Under the pieces are notes generated by a model. The model was not told the DNA's origin and did no database searches. It saw nothing but the letters and a program-made list of their open reading frames with translations. 64,000 bases of DNA from Octopus sinensis (taxonomy: Eukaryota), in assembly GCF_006345805.1 (NCBI RefSeq), contig NC_043002.1, forward strand, positions 82,770,001 through 82,834,000, in the 5' to 3' direction. Numbering within the stretch: position 1 is the first letter of the stretch; every line of letters starts with the position of its first letter. This document shows positions 63,901-64,000 of this stretch, in pieces. Made by a program: the position numbers and the translations under genes.

Positions 63901-64000
63901 CTCACACATGTATATGTTAATTTGTGTGTGATAAGCACAACTGAGTAAACCTGCACTATTCAGGGAATATAATCCTTATTTGTCTCAGATTAAATTAATA

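Overview
AT-rich, repeat-dense animal genomic DNA. The SINE/LINE content looks octopus-like; this is recognised from memory, not verified. The only host gene I can support is a DNAJB12/DNAJB14-type ER J-protein on the + strand. Six coding exons (8257-8389, 28840-29029, 34769-34914, 37032-37166, 40242-40298, 42539-42603) splice through GT-AG introns in consistent phase into 242 codons, with an intact HPD J-domain and G/F region. I could not find the transmembrane and lumenal (DUF1977) exons, so they probably lie beyond base 64000. A second, CpG-rich promoter (NRF1 x2, ETS, pyrimidine tract) at about 2540-2820 probably drives a divergent transcript leaving the window on the left. The rest is mostly transposon debris: Tc1/IS630-like and mariner remnants, a Helitron helicase remnant, CR1- and RTE-type LINE fragments, three tRNA-head SINE families, MITEs and microsatellites. 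The most unusual signals are: (i) two families of small intronic elements carrying type I hammerhead ribozyme folds, one nearly intact at 49141-49197; (ii) a 344-bp, about 97%-identical inverted duplication bracketing the J-domain exon, apparently made by local templated insertion; (iii) an in-frame, CpG-rich candidate cassette exon at 54729-54872. No bacterial-type systems, CRISPR arrays, rRNA or true tRNA genes were seen.
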